Source: an uncultured Nitrososphaerota archaeon
GTDB taxonomy: Archaea; Korarchaeota; Korarchaeia; Korarchaeales; Korarchaeaceae
DNA length: 32,000 nucleotides
Assembly (NCBI GenBank): GCA_964480775.1
Contig: CAYZRF010000007.1
Coordinates: forward strand, 1 to 32,000
Direction of reading: 5' to 3'
Position numbers and translations under genes: made by a program
In this document: positions 1-7,764 of the stretch, piece after piece
How the letters are laid out: each line of letters opens with the position of its first letter
How positions within the stretch are numbered: the stretch's first letter is position 1
The notes under the pieces: generated by a model
The model's input: only the letters and a program-made list of their open reading frames with translations
Databases searched by the model: none
What the model was told of the DNA's origin: nothing

Positions 1-422
1 ACGAGGCGTACAATCTTTCTATTTTTCGGTCTTGGAAGACCCATTAAATCATAAAAAGCTCCAGGATACGTTTCTATAGTTTCTATACCCTTCCCTTCAA
101 GCAATTTTTTGAGTCTAATTCCCCTTTCCGTGAGCTTTCTCATTCCTGCGAAGTTTATTGAGAAGAACCTGATTCCAAATTTCCTTAGCTCTTCATCACA
201 CTTTCTAACACAATAGCGGGAATCTAAGTCCTTTCCAATAGGAAGAGAAAGAGGCGCATCTATCGCCACTATTGACGGGTTAAAGTTAATGATTTCTTCT
301 AATATTTCCTCATCTTCATAAGCTAGCTTAGTTACGACTTTTCTTCCTCTTAAGAAACAAAGCCCAGTGGGTCTGTTCTCACTCCCAGCCAAGTCAAGGC
401 CCACAACCCATTGATCCTTCAT
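1..422 (-). CDS. DUF429/COG2410-like predicted RNase H-fold nuclease (5' part only; gene runs off the left window edge)
   Basis: Absent from the ORF track because it is open at the window edge. The reverse complement from ATG (422-420) reads MKDQWVVGLDLAGSENRPTGLCFLRGRKVVTKLAYEDEEILEEIINFNPSIVAIDAPLSLPIGKDLDSRYCVRKCDEELRKFGIRFF... with no stop down to position 1. The 'vGlDlAgs..rpTG' and 'iDAPLslP' segments match my memory of DUF429 proteins. Confidence 0.5.
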   Translation of the reverse strand, partial: MKDQWVVGLDLAGSENRPTGLCFLRGRKVVTKLAYEDEEILEEIINFNPSIVAIDAPLSLPIGKDLDSRYCVRKCDEELRKFGIRFFSINFAGMRKLTERGIRLKKLLEGKGIETIETYPGAFYDLMGLPRPKNRKIVRL

Positions 423-556
423 TGCTAGCGTTAAAGAGAATATTTTTACAAAGGTAAAAGCTTTGATAATGATGATGCTCAACGTCTCAGAAACTCTTCA
501 TTAAAGGAAGACTCTAAAAGCTTTTATTCGAGAGAGATAACACAACTCTACGGAAA

Positions 557-763
557 ATGCCAAGTGATAAGTTACTGGGTTCTGCACTTATAATTATCTC
601 TTTGTTTGTTATCTTAGCATATGGTTGGCTATTGTTTTTCACCGACTATAGCTTGTTAATGCTAAAAGTTACTGCCTTTCTAGCTGTTTTTGTTCTATTT
701 TGTCTTGTAGCTTGGGTTGGATATACAATAACCACAACGCCCATCTCAAAACAGGAACAATAA
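557..763 (+). CDS. small membrane protein, two predicted TM helices, unknown function
   Basis: 68-aa ORF with an ATG start and two long hydrophobic stretches (LGSALIIISLFVILAYGWLLFF and VTAFLAVFVLFCLVAWVGYTI). A TATA-like 'TTTTATT' at 523-529 lies about 30 nt upstream of the ATG. Confidence 0.45.
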   Translation: MPSDKLLGSALIIISLFVILAYGWLLFFTDYSLLMLKVTAFLAVFVLFCLVAWVGYTITTTPISKQEQ

Positions 764-833
764 TCATTCTTTGGTGTTCAAGAAGTTCATTGAATTTATG
801 AGGATAGATAGATAAAAAGTAATGTCTTTAGAA

Positions 834-839
834 TTTTTT
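834..839 (+). terminator. oligo-T tract (T6) downstream of the 557..763 gene
   Basis: 'gaaTTTTTTg' lies in the convergent intergenic region. Archaeal termination commonly uses oligo-T runs. Confidence 0.3.
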
Positions 840-908
840 GTTACTATCTTGAGAGATATTAACGATAGAAGTAAGATAAATACAGCTTTCATGTCAGAAT
901 TAAAAGTG

Positions 909-915
909 AAAAAAA
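909..915 (-). terminator. oligo-T tract (T7 on the minus strand) immediately after the stop of the 916..2157 gene
   Basis: The plus strand has A7 at 909-915, directly abutting the TGA stop (918-916) of the minus-strand glycosyltransferase gene. Confidence 0.35.
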
Positions 916-2157
916 TCATAAGTTTAAAGATGAATTTAAGATACAAGCAAGCTTTTTAGCAACTTCTCTTGCTGAAAACATCTTTATAAAAGAATCTTTG
1001 TAGTCTATATCTTTCGTAATATCTCCTTTTATGATTTTTACGATAGTTTCTTTCAATTCCTCTTTATCTGGTCTGACAGTTATTCCACAATTTGCTGATA
1101 AAAGTATCTTGGATACTTCACCTGCCTCATTTCCTATGTTTAGGATGAACCTGCGTGCAGCAAGGTACTCAAATAATTTGGTAGTACTTGCCGCTTTGTA
1201 TCCTGGAAAAATAAGAAGAACATCAGCCCCTAGCAAATAACTTATCGTCTCTTTGTGAGATTTAACTCCTTCATACTTTATAACTCTCTCTAAGCTAAGA
1301 TCTCTTATCATCTGTTTTATTGAGGGGTCAATCCAACCGATTAGGATGACCTGAAATTCCTCACAACTTAAGAATTTTCTTCTAATTAGCTCTGATATGG
1401 CTTCTGCAAAAATCCTGAAAGGAGTTATTCTATCAATTCCTTTAAAATATACTCTAAAAATTCCTCCTGCATGAAGAAAGGTGAATTTGTCGAATTTTAC
1501 AGGGTTAACTCCTTTAAAATCATCCAAATCATAGTAATTTTGTAATATTTTAACTCTGCTCTCATCTAAGAATGGAAAACACTTAAGTAATGTCTCTTTT
1601 TCTGAGGAATTGACAACGATTACAAAATCAGCGCATCTAAGAGCCCATTCATGAATCTTTCTTCCTACCCAAGCATGAAGTTTTGTTGGTAGCATAGGAG
1701 CTGGAACATCCCTATAATCTAAAACCAGAGGCTTGCATGTAATTTTCTTAAGTATAGTCCCGATTATCACATTTGTTGCGGGAAGATAAGTGCTATAGAT
1801 TACATCAATCCCCTCTTTCTCAATCACTTTCTTAGCAACCCATACTGCGTGAGGTATCCATCCGACATAGATGTCTGGTATCATTATTGCCCTAATACTC
1901 CTCCATAATCTCTCAACCCCTCCAAAAATCAAGCCCAAGCTAAAACAATAAGCTCCTACCTTTTTGATATTCATGTAATCTTCTTTCTCGAAGAAACCTG
2001 GGTCTATTTTGTCTATTAATGGATCTGGATTTTTTACGGTCAGTACAATTGGAAACCATTCAAACTCTGTAAGGTACTTTACTATCTTAACAACGGGAAT
2101 TGCTGCCACTCCTGCTATGGGAGGATATGAGTATGAAATGACAAGTACTTTCCTCAT
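916..2157 (-). CDS. glycosyltransferase, GT-B fold (GT4-like), paralog of 2238..3401
   Basis: 413-aa ORF with an ATG start. The N-terminus is MRKVLVISYSYPPIAGVAAIP... and the C-terminal half reads ...LLGADVLLIFPGYKAASTTKLFEYLAARRFILNIG..., the typical two-Rossmann GT-B layout. It aligns along its full length to the next gene. Confidence 0.75.
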   Translation of the reverse strand: MRKVLVISYSYPPIAGVAAIPVVKIVKYLTEFEWFPIVLTVKNPDPLIDKIDPGFFEKEDYMNIKKVGAYCFSLGLIFGGVERLWRSIRAIMIPDIYVGWIPHAVWVAKKVIEKEGIDVIYSTYLPATNVIIGTILKKITCKPLVLDYRDVPAPMLPTKLHAWVGRKIHEWALRCADFVIVVNSSEKETLLKCFPFLDESRVKILQNYYDLDDFKGVNPVKFDKFTFLHAGGIFRVYFKGIDRITPFRIFAEAISELIRRKFLSCEEFQVILIGWIDPSIKQMIRDLSLERVIKYEGVKSHKETISYLLGADVLLIFPGYKAASTTKLFEYLAARRFILNIGNEAGEVSKILLSANCGITVRPDKEELKETIVKIIKGDITKDIDYKDSFIKMFSAREVAKKLACILNSSLNL

Positions 2158-2237
2158 CTACATTCAAGATCCACAATAAATTAGTATAATTTTACTCATC
2201 CCTAGCTAGTAGACGAATGAAGTCAATAACTAATTAT

Positions 2238-3401
2238 TCACGATCTCTTCATTGAATTTAGAATTTGAGCCAATTTTTCAGCTAATCTCGGCCAAGAAAA
2301 TTCTTCAAGATCTTCCAGATCAGAACCAACCCATTGTTTGAGCATATCTCCATATATGATTTTTTCTAAGACTCTAGAAATCTTCTTTCTATCTGGGTCA
2401 ACAGAAATACCAGCTCTAAACTTTGAAATGAGTTTTCCCGTCTCTCCCAAATGATGCCCTATGTTTAGGATAAATTTACCCGATGCAAGATACTCATAAG
2501 TCTTCATGGGGATGATAAATTCCGCCGCTGGCACTAAGAGCAGAACATCAGCACCTAAAATCCATCTAATAGCCTCTCTATGCGGTTTAAGCTCTTCTAT
2601 TCTTACAATTTGATTCAAACCAGCCTCTCCTATTAATTCTCTGACTGCTGGATCTACATATCCAAGAAGCACTAATTGGAAATTCTCAAGGTCTCTAAAC
2701 CTTCTCAGGCTAAGAAGGAACTCTATGAACCTAGGAACTCTGCTTCCTGTAACTAAACCTGCATGCAAAATCGTAAACTTTGAAAAGCCTATAGGAGTCA
2801 CCGACTCAAAATCTTTTGGATCGAATCCGTTTCTAACAATATCAATTTTTGAAACGAACGGGAAAAACTTCTTTATCTCTTTAACATAGCTTGGCGTAAC
2901 GACTACAACTCTGTCTGCAGATTTAAGAACGAATTTCTCCATTATCTTTTGCACAGAAAATTCGAGAAGAGGAGGAGGAAAGAAAGAATTGGTCCAGAGA
3001 TCTTCATAATCAGCTAAAAAAGGGGTGCTAGTAGCTCTTCCTAACAAAGACCCTGCCAACATGTTTGTTGCGTATGGGTAAGAGGCATAAATGGCTTCAA
3101 TATTCTCTTTCTTGATTATACTAAGGCCCTTAAGAAATGCAGAGAAGGACCAGCCTAAATGGACGTCTTTATTAACCATCTTTTCTAAAGGAATGACTTC
3201 CTTTGTGCGAAAAACTCTCAATTCTCGAAATTCATTCTTCTCTATGTAATCAGGCCTCGTACTCTCCATTAATTCTTTTACAGAAAGAATTATGGGCCTC
3301 CATCCGTAGTTAGGTAGATATTTTGCCAATTTAATTGTCCTTATTACTCCTACACCTGCTCTTGGGGGAAAATTATATTCTACCATCAGAAGCTTCTTCA
3401 A
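2238..3401 (-). CDS. glycosyltransferase, GT-B fold (GT4-like), paralog of 916..2157
   Basis: 387-aa ORF. The TTG start at 3401 is preceded by GAGGGAG. Its N-terminus MKKLLMVEYNFPPRAG aligns residue-for-residue with MRKVLVISYSYPPIAG of the paralog, which supports the TTG start. The C-terminal segment ILGADVLLLVPAAEFIIPMKTYEYLASGKFILNIG is also shared. Confidence 0.75.
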   Translation of the reverse strand: MKKLLMVEYNFPPRAGVGVIRTIKLAKYLPNYGWRPIILSVKELMESTRPDYIEKNEFRELRVFRTKEVIPLEKMVNKDVHLGWSFSAFLKGLSIIKKENIEAIYASYPYATNMLAGSLLGRATSTPFLADYEDLWTNSFFPPPLLEFSVQKIMEKFVLKSADRVVVVTPSYVKEIKKFFPFVSKIDIVRNGFDPKDFESVTPIGFSKFTILHAGLVTGSRVPRFIEFLLSLRRFRDLENFQLVLLGYVDPAVRELIGEAGLNQIVRIEELKPHREAIRWILGADVLLLVPAAEFIIPMKTYEYLASGKFILNIGHHLGETGKLISKFRAGISVDPDRKKISRVLEKIIYGDMLKQWVGSDLEDLEEFSWPRLAEKLAQILNSMKRS

Positions 3402-3410
3402 GGTTCTCCC

Positions 3411-4475
3411 TCACGATAAAATGATTTGAACGATTTTCTTAGCCTCAACCCTTAATTCTGCTACTCGACGAGGACCCTTGGCCCTTAATTCTTTCTTTAG
3501 TTCTTCGTTAAACAGTACCCTTTTAATGGCTTTCGCTAAATTTTCTGGCCTAGGGTCACAGAGGATGCCAGCATCTCCTATTACTTCAGGTAAACTTCCA
3601 GCCTTTGATGCTATGACAGGTCTTCCGCAGGCCATTGCTTCTAGGGCAACGAAACAAAAAGTCTCATACAACGAGGGTATAACGACGACGTCGGATGCAG
3701 CATAGAATTCCGGCATCTTCTTATGGGGTAGGATTCCTAGATACATTACACGCTCAAGAATGTTCAACCTTTTGCTTAATTTCATAACCATCCTCAAAGA
3801 CCCTTGGTCCTTCCCCGCAATCAACAACTTCCCTGGAACTTCATTTATTACTAAAGCAAATGCCTTAACTAACCTATCTAAACCCTTTGTCGGGTTGAGT
3901 CTTCCTGCATAAGATATCAAGAACTCAGACTCCTTCACATTCAATTTCTCTCTGAATTTCTTACCCGAAATTGTGGGCGAGAAGCAATCCTCAACTAAAT
4001 AAGGAACTTTCACTACGGTCTCTGGCTTAAACCCATATTTCTTTATCGCGTTTCTTCTTTCAAATTCAGAAGGGGTCACAACAATGTCTATAGCTTTTTT
4101 GCTAGAGAGAATATTTGTTCTTACCCAAAGCGGAAAGAATATAGCTAAAGGCCCCCAAGGGAGGTAGCCCCTCCAAGGCCATAATCCATAATCATCAAAT
4201 ATGATTTTTCCAGTAAACCCTTTTTTTCTAGCCATTTTTCCTGCCAAAATGGCAGGAAGATTAGTGCATATCACAGCGTCAAATTCCATAAACCGTTTGG
4301 CTAAGTTCCTTATGGCAAAGTAGTCTAATCCTACTCTTAAGGGAATTTTTTCTATGTAGGAGCCTAAGGTCATAATGCCGTTTTTGACGCCCATCTCTTC
4401 TATTCTCATGTAGGTAATTTCAAACTCCTTGTCAATTATTCCAGGATAGTGGTTGATCTCTACCAGCAGCTTCAT
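3411..4475 (-). CDS. glycosyltransferase family 4-like (retaining GT-B, E-x7-E motif)
   Basis: 354-aa ORF with an ATG start. It carries '...SLYETFCFVALEAMACGRPVIASKAGSLPEVI...', the classical GT4/GT1 C-terminal E-x7-E nucleotide-sugar binding region. Confidence 0.85.
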   Translation of the reverse strand: MKLLVEINHYPGIIDKEFEITYMRIEEMGVKNGIMTLGSYIEKIPLRVGLDYFAIRNLAKRFMEFDAVICTNLPAILAGKMARKKGFTGKIIFDDYGLWPWRGYLPWGPLAIFFPLWVRTNILSSKKAIDIVVTPSEFERRNAIKKYGFKPETVVKVPYLVEDCFSPTISGKKFREKLNVKESEFLISYAGRLNPTKGLDRLVKAFALVINEVPGKLLIAGKDQGSLRMVMKLSKRLNILERVMYLGILPHKKMPEFYAASDVVVIPSLYETFCFVALEAMACGRPVIASKAGSLPEVIGDAGILCDPRPENLAKAIKRVLFNEELKKELRAKGPRRVAELRVEAKKIVQIILS

Positions 4476-4496
4476 TCGAGGTGATTAGTGTAGTTG

Positions 4497-4506
4497 TTAT
4501 AAAAAA
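4497..4506. promoter_or_regulatory. single TATA-like element (TTATAAAAAA) shared by two divergent GT genes
   Basis: The divergent intergenic region is only 52 bp (4476-4527). The AT-rich box is centred about 26-27 nt from both ATGs (4475 on the minus strand, 4528 on the plus strand), which is the archaeal TATA-to-start spacing for (near-)leaderless mRNAs. Confidence 0.4.
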
Positions 4507-4527
4507 GACATCCCTCTATATTGTTAG

Positions 4528-5547
4528 ATGGAGATCTCCTTCGTCAACCATACATTCGTCCCTGGATCTGGTCCTGATAAAGTAATTGCAGAGTTACGCA
4601 ACAGATTGAAAAAAAGACATAGTATCAGAATATTTGCGTGTAGATGGGAAGGAGAAGGAGTATTTCGCGCTCCTTGCCTTTATCCATTCAATTTCCCAGC
4701 TCCTTCGCCTAGCCTTAACCTAATCAAAGAACTAAATCGGTCTGATATTGTCAATATTCACTTCTTCCCTTTTTGCGCATATGCTCCATTTATCAAAAGC
4801 CCAGTTGTATTGACATTCCACGGATGGACAGATGTTCCAGAGGTAGAAACATCTCCTGCAATATGGTCTGCTAGGCAAATCGCAATGAAGATGCTTAAAC
4901 TACCAGCCAAAAGGTGCTCTCTTATAATTTCTATCAGTCAATATCTTTCTACTAAGATAAAAGACGTTTCTAAAACGATTTTGATTCCGAACGGAGTTGA
5001 TCTTTCCACATATAGACCAAGAGAAGATGAAGGCTACATTTTGTTTGTTGGCAGGTTGGTATGGTATAAGGGAGTGCACGAACTGATTCGAATATTGACA
5101 ACTATGAAAATGGACCTACATATAGTCGGGAAGGGTCCCGAGCTTCATAGACTGACCAAACTCACCAAGAGCTTAGGACTTAGTGAAAGAGTAAAATTCC
5201 TTGGAACTTTGTCAGAAGGGGATCTCGTTGAAGAATATAGGAATTGCTCCTTCTTAGCATCTGCATCAAAATGGGAAGGATTTGGCATGCCATTCTTAGA
5301 GGCAAACGCTTGTGCAAAGCCTGTAATTGGTTATAACAGAGCGGCCATTCCAGAGAGAATTGCGCACAGGTATAATGGCTTTCTTGCCAACAATTTCAAA
5401 GAGTTTTCTAAGTATATGCATCTTTTGGAGGAAGATGAATCTTTAAGAAAGGAAATGGGTGCTAATGGTAGAAAATTGGCAGAAAAGTATGATTGGAGCC
5501 TAATAACTGCAAAATATGAGAAAGCCTTCGAATCTGTATTGAGGTGA
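4528..5547 (+). CDS. glycosyltransferase family 4-like
   Basis: 339-aa ORF with an ATG start. It carries '...SKWEGFGMPFLEANACAKPVIGYNRAAIPERI...' (E-x7-E region) and 'ILFVGRLVWYKG' (GT-B linker motif). Confidence 0.85.
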   Translation: MEISFVNHTFVPGSGPDKVIAELRNRLKKRHSIRIFACRWEGEGVFRAPCLYPFNFPAPSPSLNLIKELNRSDIVNIHFFPFCAYAPFIKSPVVLTFHGWTDVPEVETSPAIWSARQIAMKMLKLPAKRCSLIISISQYLSTKIKDVSKTILIPNGVDLSTYRPREDEGYILFVGRLVWYKGVHELIRILTTMKMDLHIVGKGPELHRLTKLTKSLGLSERVKFLGTLSEGDLVEEYRNCSFLASASKWEGFGMPFLEANACAKPVIGYNRAAIPERIAHRYNGFLANNFKEFSKYMHLLEEDESLRKEMGANGRKLAEKYDWSLITAKYEKAFESVLR

Positions 5548-5551
5548 TCAA

Positions 5552-6718
5552 TTGGAGGTTCTTTTCATTGCAAATGGGATAACATCTGAATCTGGGACTC
5601 AAGTAATTGGAGGAGGAGAGGTTAGGTTTATAGAGATAGCGAAAAGATGGAAAAAGAAGGGAATAGATGTTCAAGTATTAACAACAGGGGCTGGAGTGGA
5701 ACTTTGCGAGAAACTCGGGTTAAAAGCGAGTTTTCACATTATTTCCACAGGAAATAGCACGTTTACGGATTACGCAATGACTTTCTTGAGATCTAGGTTT
5801 AAACTTCCTATCAAAGAGTTCAACGGAGTACTGTACTCAACAACCGAACACTTCTATGACTGCGCTCCAGCGTTTAGACTAAGAAAAAAATCTCTTCTCT
5901 GGGTTGCTGTCGTTCACTGGGTAGCTCCGTTTATCAGAAAAGAGGTTGGCATTATTTCAAGTTCAGTTTTCTACATAAATCAAAGATTGGGATTAAGATA
6001 CGTCAAAGCCAGAGCTGATCAAGTATATGCTGTTTCTAGGATAGTCGCTGAGAAGCTTAGGAACATGGGATTTGGTGATAGAGTAAGACCTGCAGAATGC
6101 GGTGTGAACTACGAGGAAATTAGAGAGATAGCAAGTAAGAATGTTGAGCAACTCTATGATGCCATATATATGAAGAGATTCTATCCTACAAAAGGGATAT
6201 TCGATGCCATTGAAATCTGGAAGTATGTCGTAGAGAAGAAAGAAGACGCAAAGCTAATGTTAGTAGGATTCTCTCCAAAATCCATCTTGAATAAAGTCAT
6301 CTCTATGATAAAAGAGAAAGAATTAGAGGATAATATTACTGTTAGAGGACCGGTTTACAACTTTAAACAAAAGATTCTGCTCTTAAGACAAAGCAAGATG
6401 CTGATCCTACCCAGCTATGAGGAAAACTGGGCAATAGTAGTGGGTGAAGCCTTAGCCTCTGGAATTCCCGTTGTAGCTTACGACCTTCCAGATATAAGGC
6501 CAATTTGGGGAGACAATGTTGTATGGTGCCCTCTAGGGGATAAGAAGGTCTTCTCTAAGGAAGTTTTGAAACTGATTGATAGAGAGGAGTTAAGGGAAAG
6601 CCTAGGGAGGAAAGGAATTGAATTAATGAAGAAATATAGCTGGAATTCAATAGCCGAAAAGGAGCTTCGCTTAATTCAAGATCATTTACGAGCAAGAGAC
6701 TCATATATCGATAGATAG
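5552..6718 (+). CDS. glycosyltransferase family 4-like
   Basis: 388-aa ORF. The TTG start at 5552 lies 4 nt after GAGGTGA, which overlaps the stop of the upstream gene and suggests translational coupling. It carries '...PSYEENWAIVVGEALASGIPVVAYDLPDIRPIW...'. Confidence 0.8.
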   Translation: MEVLFIANGITSESGTQVIGGGEVRFIEIAKRWKKKGIDVQVLTTGAGVELCEKLGLKASFHIISTGNSTFTDYAMTFLRSRFKLPIKEFNGVLYSTTEHFYDCAPAFRLRKKSLLWVAVVHWVAPFIRKEVGIISSSVFYINQRLGLRYVKARADQVYAVSRIVAEKLRNMGFGDRVRPAECGVNYEEIREIASKNVEQLYDAIYMKRFYPTKGIFDAIEIWKYVVEKKEDAKLMLVGFSPKSILNKVISMIKEKELEDNITVRGPVYNFKQKILLLRQSKMLILPSYEENWAIVVGEALASGIPVVAYDLPDIRPIWGDNVVWCPLGDKKVFSKEVLKLIDREELRESLGRKGIELMKKYSWNSIAEKELRLIQDHLRARDSYIDR

Positions 6719-7764
6719 ATCTCGGTTACTTTCTTAATATCTCTGAAAGCCCTAACGTAGTTCTGTGCTTCTATAGCCAATCTTCTAGCTAATTCTCTAT
6801 TTGTAAGAAGCCTAAGAATGGCTTCAGCAAACCCCTCTACATCTCCAGTTTCAATGTATATGGCCGAATTTGGTCCGATGCACGAGACGTTCCACTTCTG
6901 GTTTGCACTAACTATCGGCTTTCCGATACAAGCCGCTTCAAGCAGGCTATAGCCCGCATTACCCGGAGCTACAAAGACAGAAGCGCCCCTAATCAGGTTC
7001 AGAGCATCTTCTCTCGAAACTGATCCAACAAAATCCACAAAATCCAAGACTTCAAGACTTTTAGCCAGCTTCTTAAGGAGCTTAAGCTGAGGTCCTCCTC
7101 CAGCGACCACGAATTTAACTTTAACTTTTCGGAGAACAAGTGGAATTGCCCTTACAAAGCTTTCAGGCCCTTTTACGGGTAAAAGCCTCCCTAGATAAAG
7201 AACATAGCTTCCGTCGGGGTTCTCCTGGATTGAACTACACTTGATACCGTGAGGAATTGTAACTATCCCTTCTTGACGGAATTTACTTAATATTTCAAAA
7301 GCCTCCTCGGTGGGGGCTACGGCAACATCTGCAGACTTTATGACATAACCAAACAGGCTGCGGTACAAGAGAGGTCTCAAAACCTTTATGTACCATCTTT
7401 CTTGAAAGCTTCTACCGACATTATGGGCAGTTAGAACGAGAGGAATTTTCCCTTTTTTTGAGGCAAGGGCTGCTATTACTGAAGTCAAATATTCCTGACC
7501 ATGTACATGGATCACATCGTGCTCTTTGCTTAACTTAAAGAAGGAGCGGGGAGAGGGAAAAGGATTGGGAATGGGTGGAAGGGGTCTGAAAGAGGAGAAT
7601 GCATGGACTTCTATACCGTCAACCTCCTTTGGAACTTTACTACATGTATAAACAACAGGCTCATGTCCCATCTTTAGGAGTTGTCTACAGAGTTCGTAGA
7701 CATGAATTTCAACTCCAGCATTAACTTCAGGTACGAAATATGGAGTGACGTGTATTATCCTCAT
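6682..7764 (-). CDS. glycosyltransferase family 4-like
   Basis: 360-aa ORF. Its ATG overlaps the stop of the upstream 859-aa gene (ATGA at 7761-7764). It carries 'YVLYLGRLLPVKGP' and '...GNAGYSLLEAACIGKPIVSANQ...'. Its 3' end overlaps the convergent gene 5552..6718 by 37 nt. Confidence 0.8.
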   Translation of the reverse strand: MRIIHVTPYFVPEVNAGVEIHVYELCRQLLKMGHEPVVYTCSKVPKEVDGIEVHAFSSFRPLPPIPNPFPSPRSFFKLSKEHDVIHVHGQEYLTSVIAALASKKGKIPLVLTAHNVGRSFQERWYIKVLRPLLYRSLFGYVIKSADVAVAPTEEAFEILSKFRQEGIVTIPHGIKCSSIQENPDGSYVLYLGRLLPVKGPESFVRAIPLVLRKVKVKFVVAGGGPQLKLLKKLAKSLEVLDFVDFVGSVSREDALNLIRGASVFVAPGNAGYSLLEAACIGKPIVSANQKWNVSCIGPNSAIYIETGDVEGFAEAILRLLTNRELARRLAIEAQNYVRAFRDIKKVTEIYLSIYESLARK

